From Lepidodermella squamata (Eukaryota; Animalia; Gastrotricha): a stretch of DNA of 64,000 bases. The first letter of the stretch is position 1. Every line of letters begins with the position of its first letter. The notes beneath the pieces were generated by a model, which was not told where the DNA came from, did not search any database, and was given only the letters and a program-made list of their open reading frames with translations. Made by a program: the position numbers and the translations under genes. The stretch spans positions 8,531-72,530 of the forward strand of contig JBLDXI010000099.1 of assembly GCA_047495785.1 (NCBI GenBank), written 5' to 3'. This document shows positions 25,801-38,521 of the stretch, piece after piece.

Positions 25801-27536
25801 GGTTGTTCCATGTGCTTTGTGTTAGCCATCAGGTAAACGAAATGGACCCAGAGTTTCATTGCTACGATGAATTGAAGTTAACTTGGGCAGCTTGGTTTAG
25901 TTAACTTGCATTGATTGTACTCTAAAGTTTGGGGTTTGCCGGGCTAGCATACTTAACCGACTTAACTGCGACCTGCGACTCTTTTGTACTCTAATTAATG
26001 ACTGTGTTTTCATCTGCTCGACCAGAAACGACGTGCGGCGTGTTGGCGAGCGAGTGCCCGGACTTTGTGGCGGCGTCGCTGCGGCTCGCCATCGTCGGCC
26101 GCGCCTCCATCGACCAGGTGCACGCGCACTTTGACCTGAGCATCCTCGTAAGTTGTTGTTGCCTGCCTTGCCTTGCCTTGCCTTGGTTTCATTTGACTTG
26201 TATTGCTGCTTAGAGCTTCTTCGTACTCGTGAACATTGCCGAGTTCTCGCCGGTGGCGGCGGCTGTCTCGCGGCCGTACGGCGTCGACGGGCCCGCGCTC
26301 CCGCAACTCCTCATCGACTTTTTCAACCAACTGTGCGCCGCCGCCGCCGAGTGCGAGCGCGAGGCCGACGAACACATCTCGTCATCGCAACAGCAACAAC
26401 AACAACAACAACAGCAGCAGCTACAACAACGCACTGCCGCCTCGGCGTCGTCCTCGCAAACTTCGACGGCGACGTCCGGCATCGGCGGCGGTCTCGACGA
26501 TACTCTGCGACCGTCGTCTTCATCGACAGCGGCTGCTGCTGCGTCTTCGAGCAACCCTCGCCGCCCCTCCTCAACGTCTGCCACAGCAGCAGCAGACACC
26601 CCATTGGCGCGTGGTGGTGGCGGCGGCGCGAGTAGCAGCGGCTTCGGCCTCGGCGGCGATGACGAGGCGCTCGATGCTAGTAAGTCATTTACTTACTGTA
26701 CCGAACATAGGAAGACATGGCGGCATATAATCTTAGAATTTGGACAATTTTAGCTCTGCTTGCAAGTGAATAGCCTGTCGAAAATGAAGCATTGGGTCCC
26801 TCAGTTGGGTTGACGTGTTTGTTAATCAGATGAAAAAAATTCTAAAATGGGTTGGAATGTCACCAGTGACCATTTTTAATGGGAAGTTGGGAATTTCCTG
26901 TCAGCTGGTTTTCTACGTTCAAAATCATTATTATTTCGCTGATGCTAATTGTTGACAATTGATGTCATGCCATTGCATTTTGCAGTGTTGCACGCGGCTG
27001 GCACGCGGCACATGGAGCTCAACTTCCTGGCGGCGTGCTGCGTCATCATCGTGTTCTACGCGAGCGAGGCGCTCGAGGCGAAGCGCGGCGGCGTCGAAGC
27101 GGTGCGGCGCCTCTTCGCTGGTGCGTCCTTCGACGCCGCCGTCGACGTGCTCAAGAAGTTCCTCACGTTCATGGCGCTGGTCAACGGCATGGACGACCGC
27201 ACGCTCGAGACGGTGTCGCGCATCCTCGAGCGCTACGACGCCGCCAATCGCATGCACAACAACAGCAACAACAACAAGCCAGCTGCGGCTGCGACTCAGA
27301 GTCTAGCCACCCCACCAGGAACATCATCATCGTCTTCATCAGGCGAAGACAACGACAACAACATGGCGATTAGCGGCAACAAAAGGGCGAACAAGCAGCC
27401 ATCAGTCGCTACGGCTGCTGCTGGTCTTCGGCCGGCTGTGCGGCAAACGTACGGCCGCCGGGCCAAGGCAGGCACGGCTGGCAGCGGCAGCAGCAGCAGC
27501 AGCAGCACGACAGCCACCAACAGCGATTCAGACTAG
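22819..27536 (+). CDS. WAPL: Wings apart-like cohesin release factor
   Basis: Exons ~22819-24102, 24814-25615, 26025-26147, 26214-26679 and 26986-27536. YAVVRHV...EFDGDYTYL...SRCLSAFQLASKC...FRLYLKSTG and AGTRHME...VLKKFLTFM match the WAPL domain; N-terminal KTYGR and DPFxF motifs. Confidence 0.92.
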
Positions 27537-28285
27537 ATACGGCTTGTCTTTTCGTCGCCGTCGTCTTGGTGAATTTTCTGAAATCTAAGCGTAATTTTTG
27601 TTATAGTAATACATCGGTGCCTCTTTATGTTTTTTTTTCTCCCGTCGAGACTCGCAGTTCTTACGTAATCAGTAATCATGCGTAACTTTTTTTCTTGTTT
27701 TTTTGTACGTGCGTGCGGCAGTCGTCTTTTATGGCTGTGTTCTAACTAATTGTGCGCGTCGCTTTTCGGCGCCTAAATACTACGATGATACGATGATACT
27801 GATGCATTGTCATTATGCTTTTTTTGAATCGATGATTGTTTACTTCTACCTATATGTTCGAATGAACGAATGACGATGATGATATCTGCAAATTAGAAGC
27901 TAACAAATTAAAATCACAATGATGATGCATTTTTTTTACGAATCGACAATGCGCCTTGCCAATGATGATGATGATGCTTATTTCGGGATAATAATAATGA
28001 TCAAGTGTTGAAATCATCATCTTTAATGGTCTTACCTATATGAAAAAAAAGATCTCGCAGCTGCTGCTTCAAGATATACAAAACTAACTTGTATGAGAGA
28101 GAGAGCAGGGCAGCTGCTTTGAAAAATGACAAGAAGAAAAAACACAATTCTCAATAAAGGTTGATCATTCATGACGTTATTGTAGAGATTTTACGCCAGA
28201 ATCTCTGTAGTGTGTCTGTCATACGACTGTTATTGCAACAAGCAAAAGGCTGTGAAATTGGCGAGCATAGCCACTTACTAAATAG

Positions 28286-29404
28286 ATGACGCACAATGAA
28301 CCGCGGAGGTGAGTAGACACACGCGATTGAATGTAAATGTCATGATCATTGATTGCATCGTAGCCACTGGATCCGCGAGGGTGCCATCTCACTGGCGGCC
28401 GGCGTGCTCTACGGCTCCAGCTACGTCATCGTCGCGCACCCGTTCGACACGCTGAAGACGAAAATGCAGGCGCAGGCTGGCTTCGAGAAGCTCGGCATCG
28501 TCCAGGCACTCGGCCGCACCGTCAAACAGGACGGCTTCATCGGCCTGTACCGCGGCTGCATCCCACCGCTGTGGGGCTCCGCCATCTACCGGTCTGTGCA
28601 GTTTGCCGCATTCGAAGCCACTTACACGCTGCTGGACAACGACGCGTGCCGCACCGAAATTCCATATACTGGTGGGCTGCAGTTGCGCGTTCTCGCCGGC
28701 GGCGTCGTCTCCGGCTGCCTGCGCTCCATCGTCGAGTGCCCGCTGGAATACGCGAAAATCAAGCGGCAAATCGGCGAAACGTGGCACTTCCGCGAGTTGT
28801 TCCACGGCTACGGCTCGCTGCTTATCCGCTCGGCGCCCCTCCTCACGTCGTACTTTGTCATTGTCGACACGATGCGCCGCAACTGCCCCGACGCCTTCAC
28901 GTACCCGTTCTTCGGCCCGCTCTTCACGTCAGGCTTCGCCGCCACCTCAGCATGGTGAGGAGTCTATATTTTTGGTCGATTTTGTGAGAAAAACTGAAAT
29001 TATTGGGTTGGAAAGCTTTCTGGAGAAAAGGTTTCTATCGTTACCTCTCTTATTATATAAATGGCCGATCGATTCACAGGGTGTTTGTGTTTGTGTTGTG
29101 TCTCTTGTTTCACCAGGTGGACGGTGTGGCCGCTGGAGTACGTGCGAACGCAGATCCAGGCCGGTTATGGCTCGCCGAACGACTCGACGTGGCGGCGGCT
29201 GTCGAAGCTGTTCCGCGAAGTGGGCTTCTTCGGGCTGTATCGCGGCATGCTGCCCGGCTCGCTGCGGGCTTTCACCGGCGCCGGTAAGTACTTTACTCAG
29301 TTTTCGCCAGGCTGATGACTGACTGACTGTGACTTTCAGGCGTGGCTATGGTTGTGATGCAGGAGGCGCAGAAGAAGGCGACGCAGTGGGGCTGGCGAGA
29401 CTGA
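28286..29404 (+). CDS. Mitochondrial carrier (SLC25 family; carnitine/ornithine-carrier-like)
   Basis: Exons 28286-28308, 28364-28954, 29117-29284 and 29340-29404; three carrier signatures PFDTLKTKMQ, PLEYAKIKRQ, PLEYVRTQIQ. Confidence 0.92.
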
Positions 29405-30930
29405 ACAGCTGAACTCCCTTTAGATGATGATAGTAGTTTTACGAATTGTGTTGCTATAGTTTCTCGAAATGCCTCCTCCTCCTCCTATCTCTCTGTGTCT
29501 CTGTGTCTCTCTCGAATAACAAATCATCAATACTTGATCAGTAATTATTAATAACCAGTTGAGATAAGTACTTACTGCGGATGATATATACGAATAATAC
29601 CTAATAATAATAATATTATCAACCCGGCTGTTATTATTCTTATTTATTATGCGATGAAAATACTGATGAAGATGTGTTCTCGCTCGCTTTCTCTCGCTCA
29701 TGTCTCGGTCTACGGTCTAAGATGTATGACTCGGTTGGTGAGAAAATGCACCAGTGAAAATCAACTCTATGATGTATAAAAAATGATACATGCAAAACAA
29801 GTCTTCTCAATAATCGGGCGGGCTTCTTGTTCGTGTATTATACTGCATTGAATAAGAACAAGTTCAGAAAACGTATTATTTGTCGAGTTATTTTGCGGAA
29901 TGTTGTTGAGTTCATTTATATTAATACTACTAGTAGATTATAATTATATTCTTAATTTGACTATTTTTACGATTCGCCATTCGGTCTATTGCTGTGACGA
30001 CTTTGAACAGTAAATAAAAACACAATCAGTTGCAAGTTCATTTGTTCATTTGTTCATTGGCACTTTGCACCGGTGCTGCAACGGTTTGCATATAGGTTCA
30101 TATGTTCGCTAAGTAGCAGCTAATTGATGCGCACTTGACGTTGCGCACTCGGTTATTGCTGTTACTGCTGTCACGGTGGCTTTGGTTGCTTTTTCGAGTT
30201 GCACAGTTCTCCGTCACCCAATTCAACATCGGCTGGCGCTGTTACACACACAATTTTGTATAATTTTGCATATTATGCAACAAAATCTTACAGTCTCAAC
30301 TAAAAGCACTGCGCAAAAAAGTCTCGTCCACCGTACATCAGAATGGTCATTTTTCGTCGTGAATAATCTGTGGTAGTGAAATTTTGTAAACATTTACCGG
30401 GTTCTTTGAGGTCAAGACACTCCATTTTGCTAAATTTCACGGCCAATCCGATGCCAAAATGTCTCAAAATAAATCACAGTGGTCTACGATCTACGAGAAT
30501 ATGAAAAATGACACACCAGGTAAGAGAAAGACCAACTTTGAGAGAATAAAGAGACTTTTTTGCGCAGTCTAGTGCAAAAGCAGCCAGCCGTTTTCGATCC
30601 GCGTTTTAATCGCATTTAATCGCATGTAATAATTCGAGAAAAAGCGTACATTTTTTACTGGCCGTTAGCGATGCCATCAGTAGCTTAGTAGCGATGTTGG
30701 CCAACGCAACACTCGGCTGCACATCTCGTTGAGAGGCAGCTGAGGTGAGCATCGCGGCACAGGCAGCAGCAAACATTCGTGTAGCTATTGAATGGTCGAC
30801 AACGCTGACGGCAGCGCACAGCTCGGCGACCATGTTTGAGCTGTTTGAGGCTTCCCTTTCGGCCGTAACTATATTGAAAATTATAATACTATTATAAGAG
30901 TATTATTCGCTTTCATTTTATTTTTACGCA

Positions 30931-33900
30931 AGAATTTAAAAGAATTTAAATACCTAGGCGTCTATTTCACGCATAATTTGAATTTCGACAAAATGGTGGA
31001 GGTTATCAATGCGAATACAAAACGTATAACCGCACTGATCCCGAACATGATAGAGAATTTTACTACTTATCTTCCACCGAAAACATTTAATATTTTACAC
31101 AACTCATACGTCATCGGCAACTACACTTATGCCAGTGGCCTCTGGGGCCAGACAAAAAAGAATAAAGTTTTCTCATTTAACACCCATTTCGTGAAACAAA
31201 TTTGTCGAATTCCAACCTCTGCTAGGAATGAACTAGTAAATCGCGAATTCTACCTCGACCCACCTGAACTTGTCCTCACAAAATCAGCCGTCAGGTACTT
31301 TCTACGACTCAAGTTTGAGAACGAGCATGTGCTTATCAAAACTGCCTTTGACGTTATTGACGCAAATAAAAATCTATATCGCCATATTTTCAAACATTTA
31401 CAAAGTAATAATAATAATAATAATGTTTTTATTTATCCTCTTCGGGACTGAGCGTCGTGTACCGTTTCCGGTTTTGAAGAGGGCGAAGGCAGGCGAAGAA
31501 TGATCCTCACCCACGAACCATGTTTTTTCCCGTTCAATTCCAATTCGTAATTTTGAGTGGCTGACTCGTCCCTAGAAATAATCATATATTGAGTTTTTGC
31601 CGCGTTAATTTTCAGACCCAATTCGGTGCAAGCCAAATCGAAAATGTGAAGTAGTCGTGAAATTTCGTCGTGGTTCATGCCTAAAAGTGTTCCGTCGTCA
31701 GCAAACGCTAGTAAATTTAGGAAATCAGTCTCGCTCATAGCGGTCTCGCTGTTTGCGGTCTCGCTAATAGGAAAGCCTAATTTTTCAGCAGATATTTTTT
31801 CGCAAATTTTGTTGAAGGTCGCTATGAATAGCAAAGGAGACAACGGGCAACCCTGTCTTAGTCCCCTGGTAACATAGAAGAAATCTGAGAGCTCAGAATC
31901 GACTCTAACAGCAACTTTATTTACTTTATATAGACTTTGAATAGCTTCAATTAAGCTGGGTTCTACACCCATATTTTGGAGGGCGGCCCATACTTTTTCC
32001 CTGTCCACCAGATCATAGGCTTTTTCGAGATCGATGAAGACTAGGTGGAGTTCCTTCTTAAAGAATATAATTTTCTCAATAATTTGTCGGAGAACGTAAA
32101 TGCAGTCTCTGGTGCCCTTGAGGGGTTGAAAACCAAATTGCAGTTTAGAAATTTTTGACCCAATTAATGCTCTCAATTTTCGTTCGAGAATAATGGCATA
32201 GAGTTTTCCTACAACACTTAAGAGGCTGATGCCTCTGTAATTTTGGCATTTTGATTTCTCACCTTTATTTTTATAAATTGGGGTAATTATAGCCGTTGAC
32301 CATTCTTCTGGGACCCTCTTATCTATCCAAGCTCGATTCAAAATTTCCCTGAGCCATTCAATATTGGCCTCGCTCAGAGCTTTGATCATTTCGGGTCTTA
32401 CTTCATCTATACCCGGGGCTTTACCGTTTTTCATGTGGTCGATGGCATTTTTAATTTCGGTGAGAGTAATTTCCGTTAAATTTGGATTTTTATCTAATAG
32501 AATTTCATCGTCGGGGTTATTGGGTTCCTTTTCAAGTCCTTGTAGAAGATCAATGAAATACTTTTTCATAACTTCTAATATTTCGTCAATTCCGCTGGTA
32601 AGTGAGCCGTCTTCTTTTTCAAGAGGATTGGGTTCGCTTCTCTCTCTATTTTCTCCCCTCAATTTTTTTATTTCCAGCCAGAATTTTTTGATATTATCAT
32701 AATCAGTCGGATTTTCAAGTAATTTGTCCAATTCAGAAAATTCAGTTTGATCCTTAATAATTTTCAAGCGTTCAAGGGCCTGGTTTTTCTCATTTCTAGC
32801 TATTGTATAATTCTCTCGGTCTATGTGGCCCTTGGTGTAGTTTTTAAAATTTTCTTTACCTTTTTGAATGATTTTGTTGGCTAATGGTGTCCACCAGAGC
32901 GGTTTTTCGCTAATTTTGCCTACTTTTCGTTCACCGCAGGAGGATCTGGCAGCATCCAGTAGGTTAGATTTAGTGTTCACCCACTTCTCTTCTATTGAGA
33001 CAGGGTTTTCGTTTTCATTTGCGATGTTGCTAGCTAAAATTTCATTAAACTTGGAACTGTGTTCCTCATTCCTAAGCAAATGATGTTTAATTGATTTTTT
33101 AATGTCAACCTTTTTCCGTTGAAAGTTTGGGCACTTACACCACTTATATAACACCACGAACTAGCCTATGATCTGATTCGAGTATGGGTTCTTCCTGAAC
33201 GTCGCAAACATCAAATTTATCTTTTTCGCTTTTATCGACCAAGATGTAGTCTAAGAAGGATCTACGAAGGGTTTTTCCGTTGCCCCTTTGCCATGTGTAC
33301 CCAATGTTGGGGAAAAACGTATTAATAAAACACAGATTGTTGCTGTTTGCAAATTCAATCCATAAATCTCCTTTATCATTTCTAATGTTATCACCATAAG
33401 GGCCTACAGTTTTTGATTTTTGTGCACTCATCATCCGGCCGTTCAAATCTCCCATTACAATTGTAGTGCCTGTTTTTGAGTTCAAACGCGCATATTCTTG
33501 TTGCAGTACTTGAAGAAAGGCGTCTAATGTTTTGGTGCAATTATTTGCTGGTGCGTAGTCACATTTACAAAGTGATGTCGAAAAACTTGGGGGCACCAAC
33601 ATCTTCACCGCCACTTCTCAATTTGAGGGTTTGGCTCATCTTGGAAAGTGGTACGAAGTGTGGATAACAAACAACAAAAAATCTATAGCTAATGATTTAA
33701 AAACTATATACCAAAATCCTGTTTTTACAGACGAAAATTTCGACAAATTGCTGCTATATTCTAATGCTCATAATGCTTTTTGTCGGTGAAAAATATTAGG
33801 ATACTCAGTATGATTAGGACAAACTCTCTCCATAAACCCTTTTGCTATATCAATAACTTAGGATTAAAATGCATTTTCTGTCTTAAACATGGTGATTCGC

Positions 33901-34419
33901 TTGCTACGCCTATTAGAAATTTCCAAGATACTATAGATCTAATATGCCACCTCTATATTGAATGTAAATTTATCCCGAACCACACTCCTCTAACACAACT
34001 AGCCTCGATCGATAGTATCAATCATAATGCTAATAATTTTGTCAATTCAATTATCGAATCCATAGTAACTTGCAAATCCGTCAACAATATCGCACTGTCA
34101 CACATCTTAACTATAGCTTCTAACTACCGACTCGCTCTTAAATTACACGTTTACCCTAACAGTAATAACAATTAATGCGTAATTCTCCTGTCCTCTCTTT
34201 TCTGTCTTCGCCAATTTATTTAAATAATTCCCACGTCATGATCAGAACTACATGTATTATAACTTATATTATAACTATATGTTATGCACGTGTATGTATA
34301 GATAATATGTATTTTGTCTGTATTTATTGTGTTGATTCGAAAATATTCCAGGACGCGCCCAAAGCCCACCCGTGGCCGGTGCTAGTTAATTTGTTTTGAT
34401 CGAATAAAACATTGCTTGC
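30931..34419 (+). mobile_element. 5'-truncated LINE (post-RT C-terminus plus Cys/His motif), interrupted by a second LINE
   Basis: 13 bp TSD ttatttttacgca (30918-30930 and 34420-34432); begins EFKYLGV; frame resumes at ~33664 and contains C-x2-C...HLYIEC; aataaa plus (ttgc)n tail. Confidence 0.8.
31407..33663 (-). mobile_element. Nested RTE-like non-LTR retrotransposon (APE endonuclease + RT), frameshifted and internally deleted
   Basis: EN motifs MGDLNG, LDYILV, SDH (33144-33614); RT motifs KAPGID, NYRGISLLS, QFGF, FIDLEKAYD, GLRQGCPLSP, FADD (31433-33157); (TAT)n tail. Confidence 0.9.
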
Positions 34420-35749
34420 TTATTTTTACGCACATTTTGACAGGCGTAAAGCTGGGCTCATGCTAATAATAATAATACGGCCAATTTCGCCGGATTTTCC
34501 CTTCTGCTCTTTTTTCTTTGTCGTTCAGTCTAATAGGAATTAGTAGACAAAATGCTGGGGTATGAATGGCGAAATTGTGGCGCTTTTTTACACTGTCACA
34601 GAAAGAGCCATTGGCGGTTTTTGAAAAATTCTTTATATCCAAATCAAGCCCAAATCAACCCCTGCTCCCGGTGTCGTTAATTTTTCAGAATTTTCTTTAC
34701 AAAGTTGCGTTGGAAATGGACAAAATTGTACTCATATACGCTTGAAGGAAAGCAAACCAACCATGCGGTAAAACAGAGTTGAAAAACGCCTCATGCTCTG
34801 CGGTGTCCACTTTCTGTAAGGCAACGTTTCTTCATCAACGCCATCTTCAGCCATATTTCAAAACTAGGCAATCAAAGCTCTAAAAGTAACACACAAAATA
34901 ATGATTGGGTTTTACAGTCTAGAAACAAAGAAAATAATGCAACACTTTTTTATTTCAGTTCTGATGCGATATATAGGTAACCCTAGAGAAAATAATTCCC
35001 CCATGCCATTGCCATTGTAAGAGCAAAATAAAAAAATTAGGTTTACTGAAAGGTTTATCTACAGTTTGAAGAGTTTCATGTTCGCAAAAATTTCTAACAT
35101 TCCTCCGAAATCTACCTTGAATTGAATCTATATTGTTGGGATTGTTTAAATATATCGATAGAGTTTTTATGTTAATTTCACTTTTAATAATAATAATATT
35201 AATATTATTAATAATAATAATAATTTAATTTCGAAATTACTTACAGGATTAGAAGGGCAGGCCACTAACACCAACCTGATTACAATAATAGTTTGCATTT
35301 TATATCGGATTTAAAAAAGAATGATTAGCAAATGAAAATGCATAGCAGATTATATGATGCTCCGCGCATGAAATGAAGAGTCATTTACGAAATTAATTAC
35401 GTGGCTTTGGCCAAATGACTAACGGTCGGCCTGGAGAAAGTTACGTTTTTGTAGGGTAGAACCGGTAAAACGAAAGCAGAAACTTGCTTTAAAACCTTGT
35501 TTTAAAAAATTGCCAGTTAAGCCCGTTGCTCACAGCCGTCGAAATGGCATTAATGACGCGGCGCGGTGTTCGGCACAACTTGTGACGCGCCGCCACCATC
35601 AACGGCTGCTTCTGCGAGGCAAGTCGCGCGGCACACACACACACACAAATAACCACAAATTATAGCCCAAAGGCTTTTGCATTCAGTACGTAGCTTTTGC
35701 GACGCGGTTTACGTCATATTGACCGCGCAAACTAAATCGCATGAGCAGC

Positions 35750-35821
35750 TCCGTGATGGTCTAGTGGTTAGGATTCCGCGCTTTCACCGCGGCGGCCCGG
35801 GTTCGATTCCCGGTCAGGGAA
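35750..35821 (+). tRNA. tRNA-Glu(TTC)
   Basis: Cloverleaf with A/B boxes, anticodon loop ct-ttc-ac, downstream T-run. Confidence 0.93.
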
Positions 35822-35895
35822 AGTTTTTGAGCTTTGCAATGTCAATTGTAGGTTTTGGTACGAAAAAGAGAGCTTGCCGCCGAAAAAGTCAAGCA

Positions 35896-35967
35896 AGGCT
35901 CAGGGGGGGATCGAACCCTCGATCTTCTGCTTACTAGGCAGACGCTCTACCACTAAGCTACTGAGCC
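35896..35967 (-). tRNA. tRNA-Thr(AGT)
   Basis: Reverse complement ggctcagtagcttagtgg...ct-agt-aa...ggttcgatcc. Confidence 0.93.
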
Positions 35968-36043
35968 GAGGCTGGGTATTTTTGCAGCAGTAGCATTATT
36001 TGTAGAGAAGTCTAGCCAGGTTATGAAATTCAGCGAGAAAAAT

Positions 36044-36116
36044 TGGAGGATACGGGCGTCGATCCCGTTACCTCTCGCATGCTAAGCGAGCGCTCTACCA
36101 TTTGAGCTAATCCCCC
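36044..36116 (-). tRNA. tRNA-Ala(AGC)
   Basis: Reverse complement gggggattagctcaaatgg...tt-agc-at; identical to 39140-39212. Confidence 0.93.
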
Positions 36117-36187
36117 GTGGTATTAACTAGACAATTTATTGCTATGATTAAAACTGTGGCTTCGTTAAATTGCTTTGAAAAAGCTTG

Positions 36188-36260
36188 CGCCCTCCGGGGG
36201 ACTCGAACCCCCGACCCTGTGATTAAAAGTCACATGCTCTACCGACTGAGCTAGGAAGGC
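36188..36260 (-). tRNA. tRNA-Lys(TTT)
   Basis: Reverse complement gccttcctagctcagtcgg...ct-ttt-aa. Confidence 0.93.
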
Positions 36261-36331
36261 CATTGCAAATGGCGGCTATTCTCAGAGCGTCATTACATTT
36301 AGCCGGCACTTTCACCTGTTGCAAAAGTAAT

Positions 36332-36404
36332 CGACGCTGATGGGACTCGAACCCACAATCTTCGGATCCGAAGTCCGACGCGATAGCCATTTCGCCACAG
36401 CGCC
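36332..36404 (-). tRNA. tRNA-Arg(TCG)
   Basis: Reverse complement ggcgctgtggcgaaatgg...ct-tcg-ga. Confidence 0.9.
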
Positions 36405-36557
36405 TATCGATAGATGTGGCAATGCAATGCGCTCATCCTGTCAACGGCAGCTTCCACGTGGAGGAGAGGTTTTCTACGCGGAAATGAGCGGCCTAATTTC
36501 TCATATTTTCCCAAATTGCGGGTGGATTACAAAAACCTCCTTGTGAAGCTACATCTC

Positions 36558-36641
36558 GTCAGGATGGCCGAGCGGTCTAAGGCGCCAGACTCAAGATCTG
36601 GTCCTCGAAAGAGGGCGTGGGTTCGAACCCCACTTCTGACA
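36558..36641 (+). tRNA. tRNA-Leu(CAA), intronless
   Basis: gtcaggatggccgagcgg...ct-caa-ga, long variable arm. Confidence 0.93.
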
Positions 36642-36739
36642 CTATTTTTCACATTTTTAGAGCAATTTCCAGTCACTTTCACCACCGATAAGTATAGCAA
36701 CTAAGCTTCGTGAGGATGTTACGCGAAAAAATTGCCAAC

Positions 36740-36811
36740 TGGAGGCATCGGGGATTGAACCCGAGACCTTCACAATGCGAATGAGACGCTCTACCACTGA
36801 GCTATGCCCCC
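36740..36811 (-). tRNA. tRNA-Ala(CGC)
   Basis: Reverse complement gggggcatagctcagtgg...tt-cgc-at; one mismatch in the anticodon stem. Confidence 0.85.
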
Positions 36812-36899
36812 TAGGCTAGTGCAAGAAAATCTTCATAAACTGGTGACTACAACGATCGCAGCAGTGGAGTGCAACGTTTGCTTGAAAAAAATGTTGCCA

Positions 36900-36971
36900 A
36901 GGTCCCATCGAGAATCGAACTCGAGTCGCTGGATTCAGAGTCCAGAGTGCTAACCGCTACACCATGGAACC
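36900..36971 (-). tRNA. tRNA-Gln(CTG)
   Basis: Reverse complement ggttccatggtgtagcgg...ct-ctg-aa. Confidence 0.93.
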
Positions 36972-37039
36972 TCTCGAAAACTGGTTCTGGAAAGGTCAGC
37001 TTTAATTCTGTTACTAGCAGCAATGTTGCTAAAAACGTG

Positions 37040-37111
37040 TGCGTCAGCCGGGAGTCGAACCCGGATCGGCTGCTTGGAAGGCAACCATGCTGACCGTTAC
37101 ACCACTGACGC
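37040..37111 (-). tRNA. tRNA-Gly(TCC)
   Basis: Reverse complement gcgtcagtggtgtaacgg...ct-tcc-aa. Confidence 0.93.
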
Positions 37112-37187
37112 CTCACGAATGTGAGATGAGAGGACTGTTCTGGAGGCTAACTGCAGAATAGAGTGTCAGTCGTTATGCAAAAACTGT

Positions 37188-37260
37188 CGTCGCCAGTACC
37201 TACGCGCGGAGACCGCATCTGATTTCTAGTCAGACCCCTTAACCACTCGGGCATAGCGAC
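37188..37260 (-). pseudogene. tRNA-Ser(AGA) with a 9 bp T-loop/B-box deletion
   Basis: Nearly identical to tRNA-Ser at 38440-38521 but lacks ggattcgaa; anticodon ct-aga-aa. Confidence 0.8.
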
Positions 37261-37417
37261 TTGAGTGGCCCTTCAGCAGTTTCAGAAACGATACACCCGA
37301 ACGACGTTACTGGCTAGTTTTATATTGGCAACTGTTAAACTATTTTGCTAGGCTCGCTTGCGATATGCTAGCTTGGCAAGATGTCGTCTGCGGGATATCA
37401 ATACATTCCAACATCCC

Positions 37418-37501
37418 GTCAGGATGGCCGAGCGGTCCAAGGCGCTGCGTTCAGGTCGCAGTCAGTTTCTACTGGCGTGGGTTCGAATCCCACTTCTGAC
37501 A
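37418..37501 (+). tRNA. tRNA-Leu(CAG)
   Basis: gtcaggatggccgagcgg...tt-cag-gt, long variable arm. Confidence 0.93.
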
Positions 37502-37592
37502 TGACAGTTTTTTAGGCGTATCCACCCAGTACGTAAGTAGCACAGAGACCTGAAGACTTGAAGATTGCTGATCAAAGCTGTGCTAATGTGCC

Positions 37593-37665
37593 GGTTCGGT
37601 GGTGTAGTGGTTATCACATCTGCCTAACACGCAGAAGGTCGCCGGTTCAATCCCGGCCCGAATCA
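37593..37665 (+). tRNA. tRNA-Val(AAC)
   Basis: ggttcggtggtgtagtgg...ct-aac-ac. Confidence 0.93.
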
Positions 37666-37766
37666 GCTGTAAGCTTTTTGGCTATAACAAAAACCAGCTA
37701 AACTGTCTCAATGATAAATTCAAAAAAATTGAACCGCCTGCCACTGTCTCGAGTTCTGTGTGACTC

Positions 37767-37838
37767 TGCCACGGCCTGGAGTCGAACCAGGGTCACCTCG
37801 GCCACAACGAGGAATACTAACCACTATACTACCGTGGC
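37767..37838 (-). tRNA. tRNA-His(GTG)
   Basis: Reverse complement gccacggtagtatagtgg...tt-gtg-gc. Confidence 0.93.
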
Positions 37839-37950
37839 TGATTTCGCGGTTAAACACAAAATTCGACAGCGGTCTATTATCAACATCTAGCTGACCATCA
37901 TCATCTGCAAAACATCAGGCAGCACTTGTCAGATGGCTTTTACCTGAGAA

Positions 37951-38032
37951 GACGCGGTGGCCGAGTGGTTAAGGCGATGGACTGCTAATCCATTGGGCTC
38001 TGCCCGCGAGGGTTCGAATCCCTTCTGCGTCG
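37951..38032 (+). tRNA. tRNA-Ser(GCT)
   Basis: gacgcggtggccgagtgg...ct-gct-aa, long variable arm. Confidence 0.93.
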
Positions 38033-38117
38033 TGAATAATTTTGCCGACAAGTTCAAAGCCGACGCTAGTTTTTCTGGCTTTAAACATGATGACATAAAT
38101 TTCTTTAAAAATTAATG

Positions 38118-38189
38118 CTCCTTGGCAGGGAATCGAACCCTGGTCTCCCGCGTGACAGGCGGGGATACTAACCACTATACTACCAAGGA
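38118..38189 (-). tRNA. tRNA-Asp(GTC)
   Basis: Reverse complement tccttggtagtatagtgg...ct-gtc-ac. Confidence 0.93.
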
Positions 38190-38279
38190 TTGCACGAATG
38201 TTGATGGTCTTCGAATAGCTTCTCCCTCGCTTCCACGCCAACAGAAGGCCATTCCGTCAAAAATGTGACTTGGCGCAGA

Positions 38280-38350
38280 TGCATCGGCCGGGAATCGAAC
38301 CCGGGCCTCCCGCGTGGCAGGCGAGAATTCTACCACTGAACCACCGATGC
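38280..38350 (-). tRNA. tRNA-Gly(GCC)
   Basis: Reverse complement gcatcggtggttcagtgg...ct-gcc-ac. Confidence 0.95.
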
Positions 38351-38439
38351 GCTGCTTGATGACTAGCTCATGGGCGCCATGTAGAGGCGTTCAAATCATA
38401 ATGTCGAGCCGCAATTGAGGCCGAACGCCAAAAACTAAG

Positions 38440-38521
38440 CGTCGCCAGTAGGATTCGAACCTACGCGCGGAAACCGCATCTGATTTCGAGTCAGACCCCT
38501 TAACCACTCGGGCATAGCGAC
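38440..38521 (-). tRNA. tRNA-Ser(CGA)
   Basis: Reverse complement gtcgctatgcccgagtgg...ct-cga-aa. Confidence 0.93.

Noticed and set aside
30380-34682. Possible DNA transposon enclosing the nested LINEs
   Set aside because: Could not identify matching terminal inverted repeats or a TSD.
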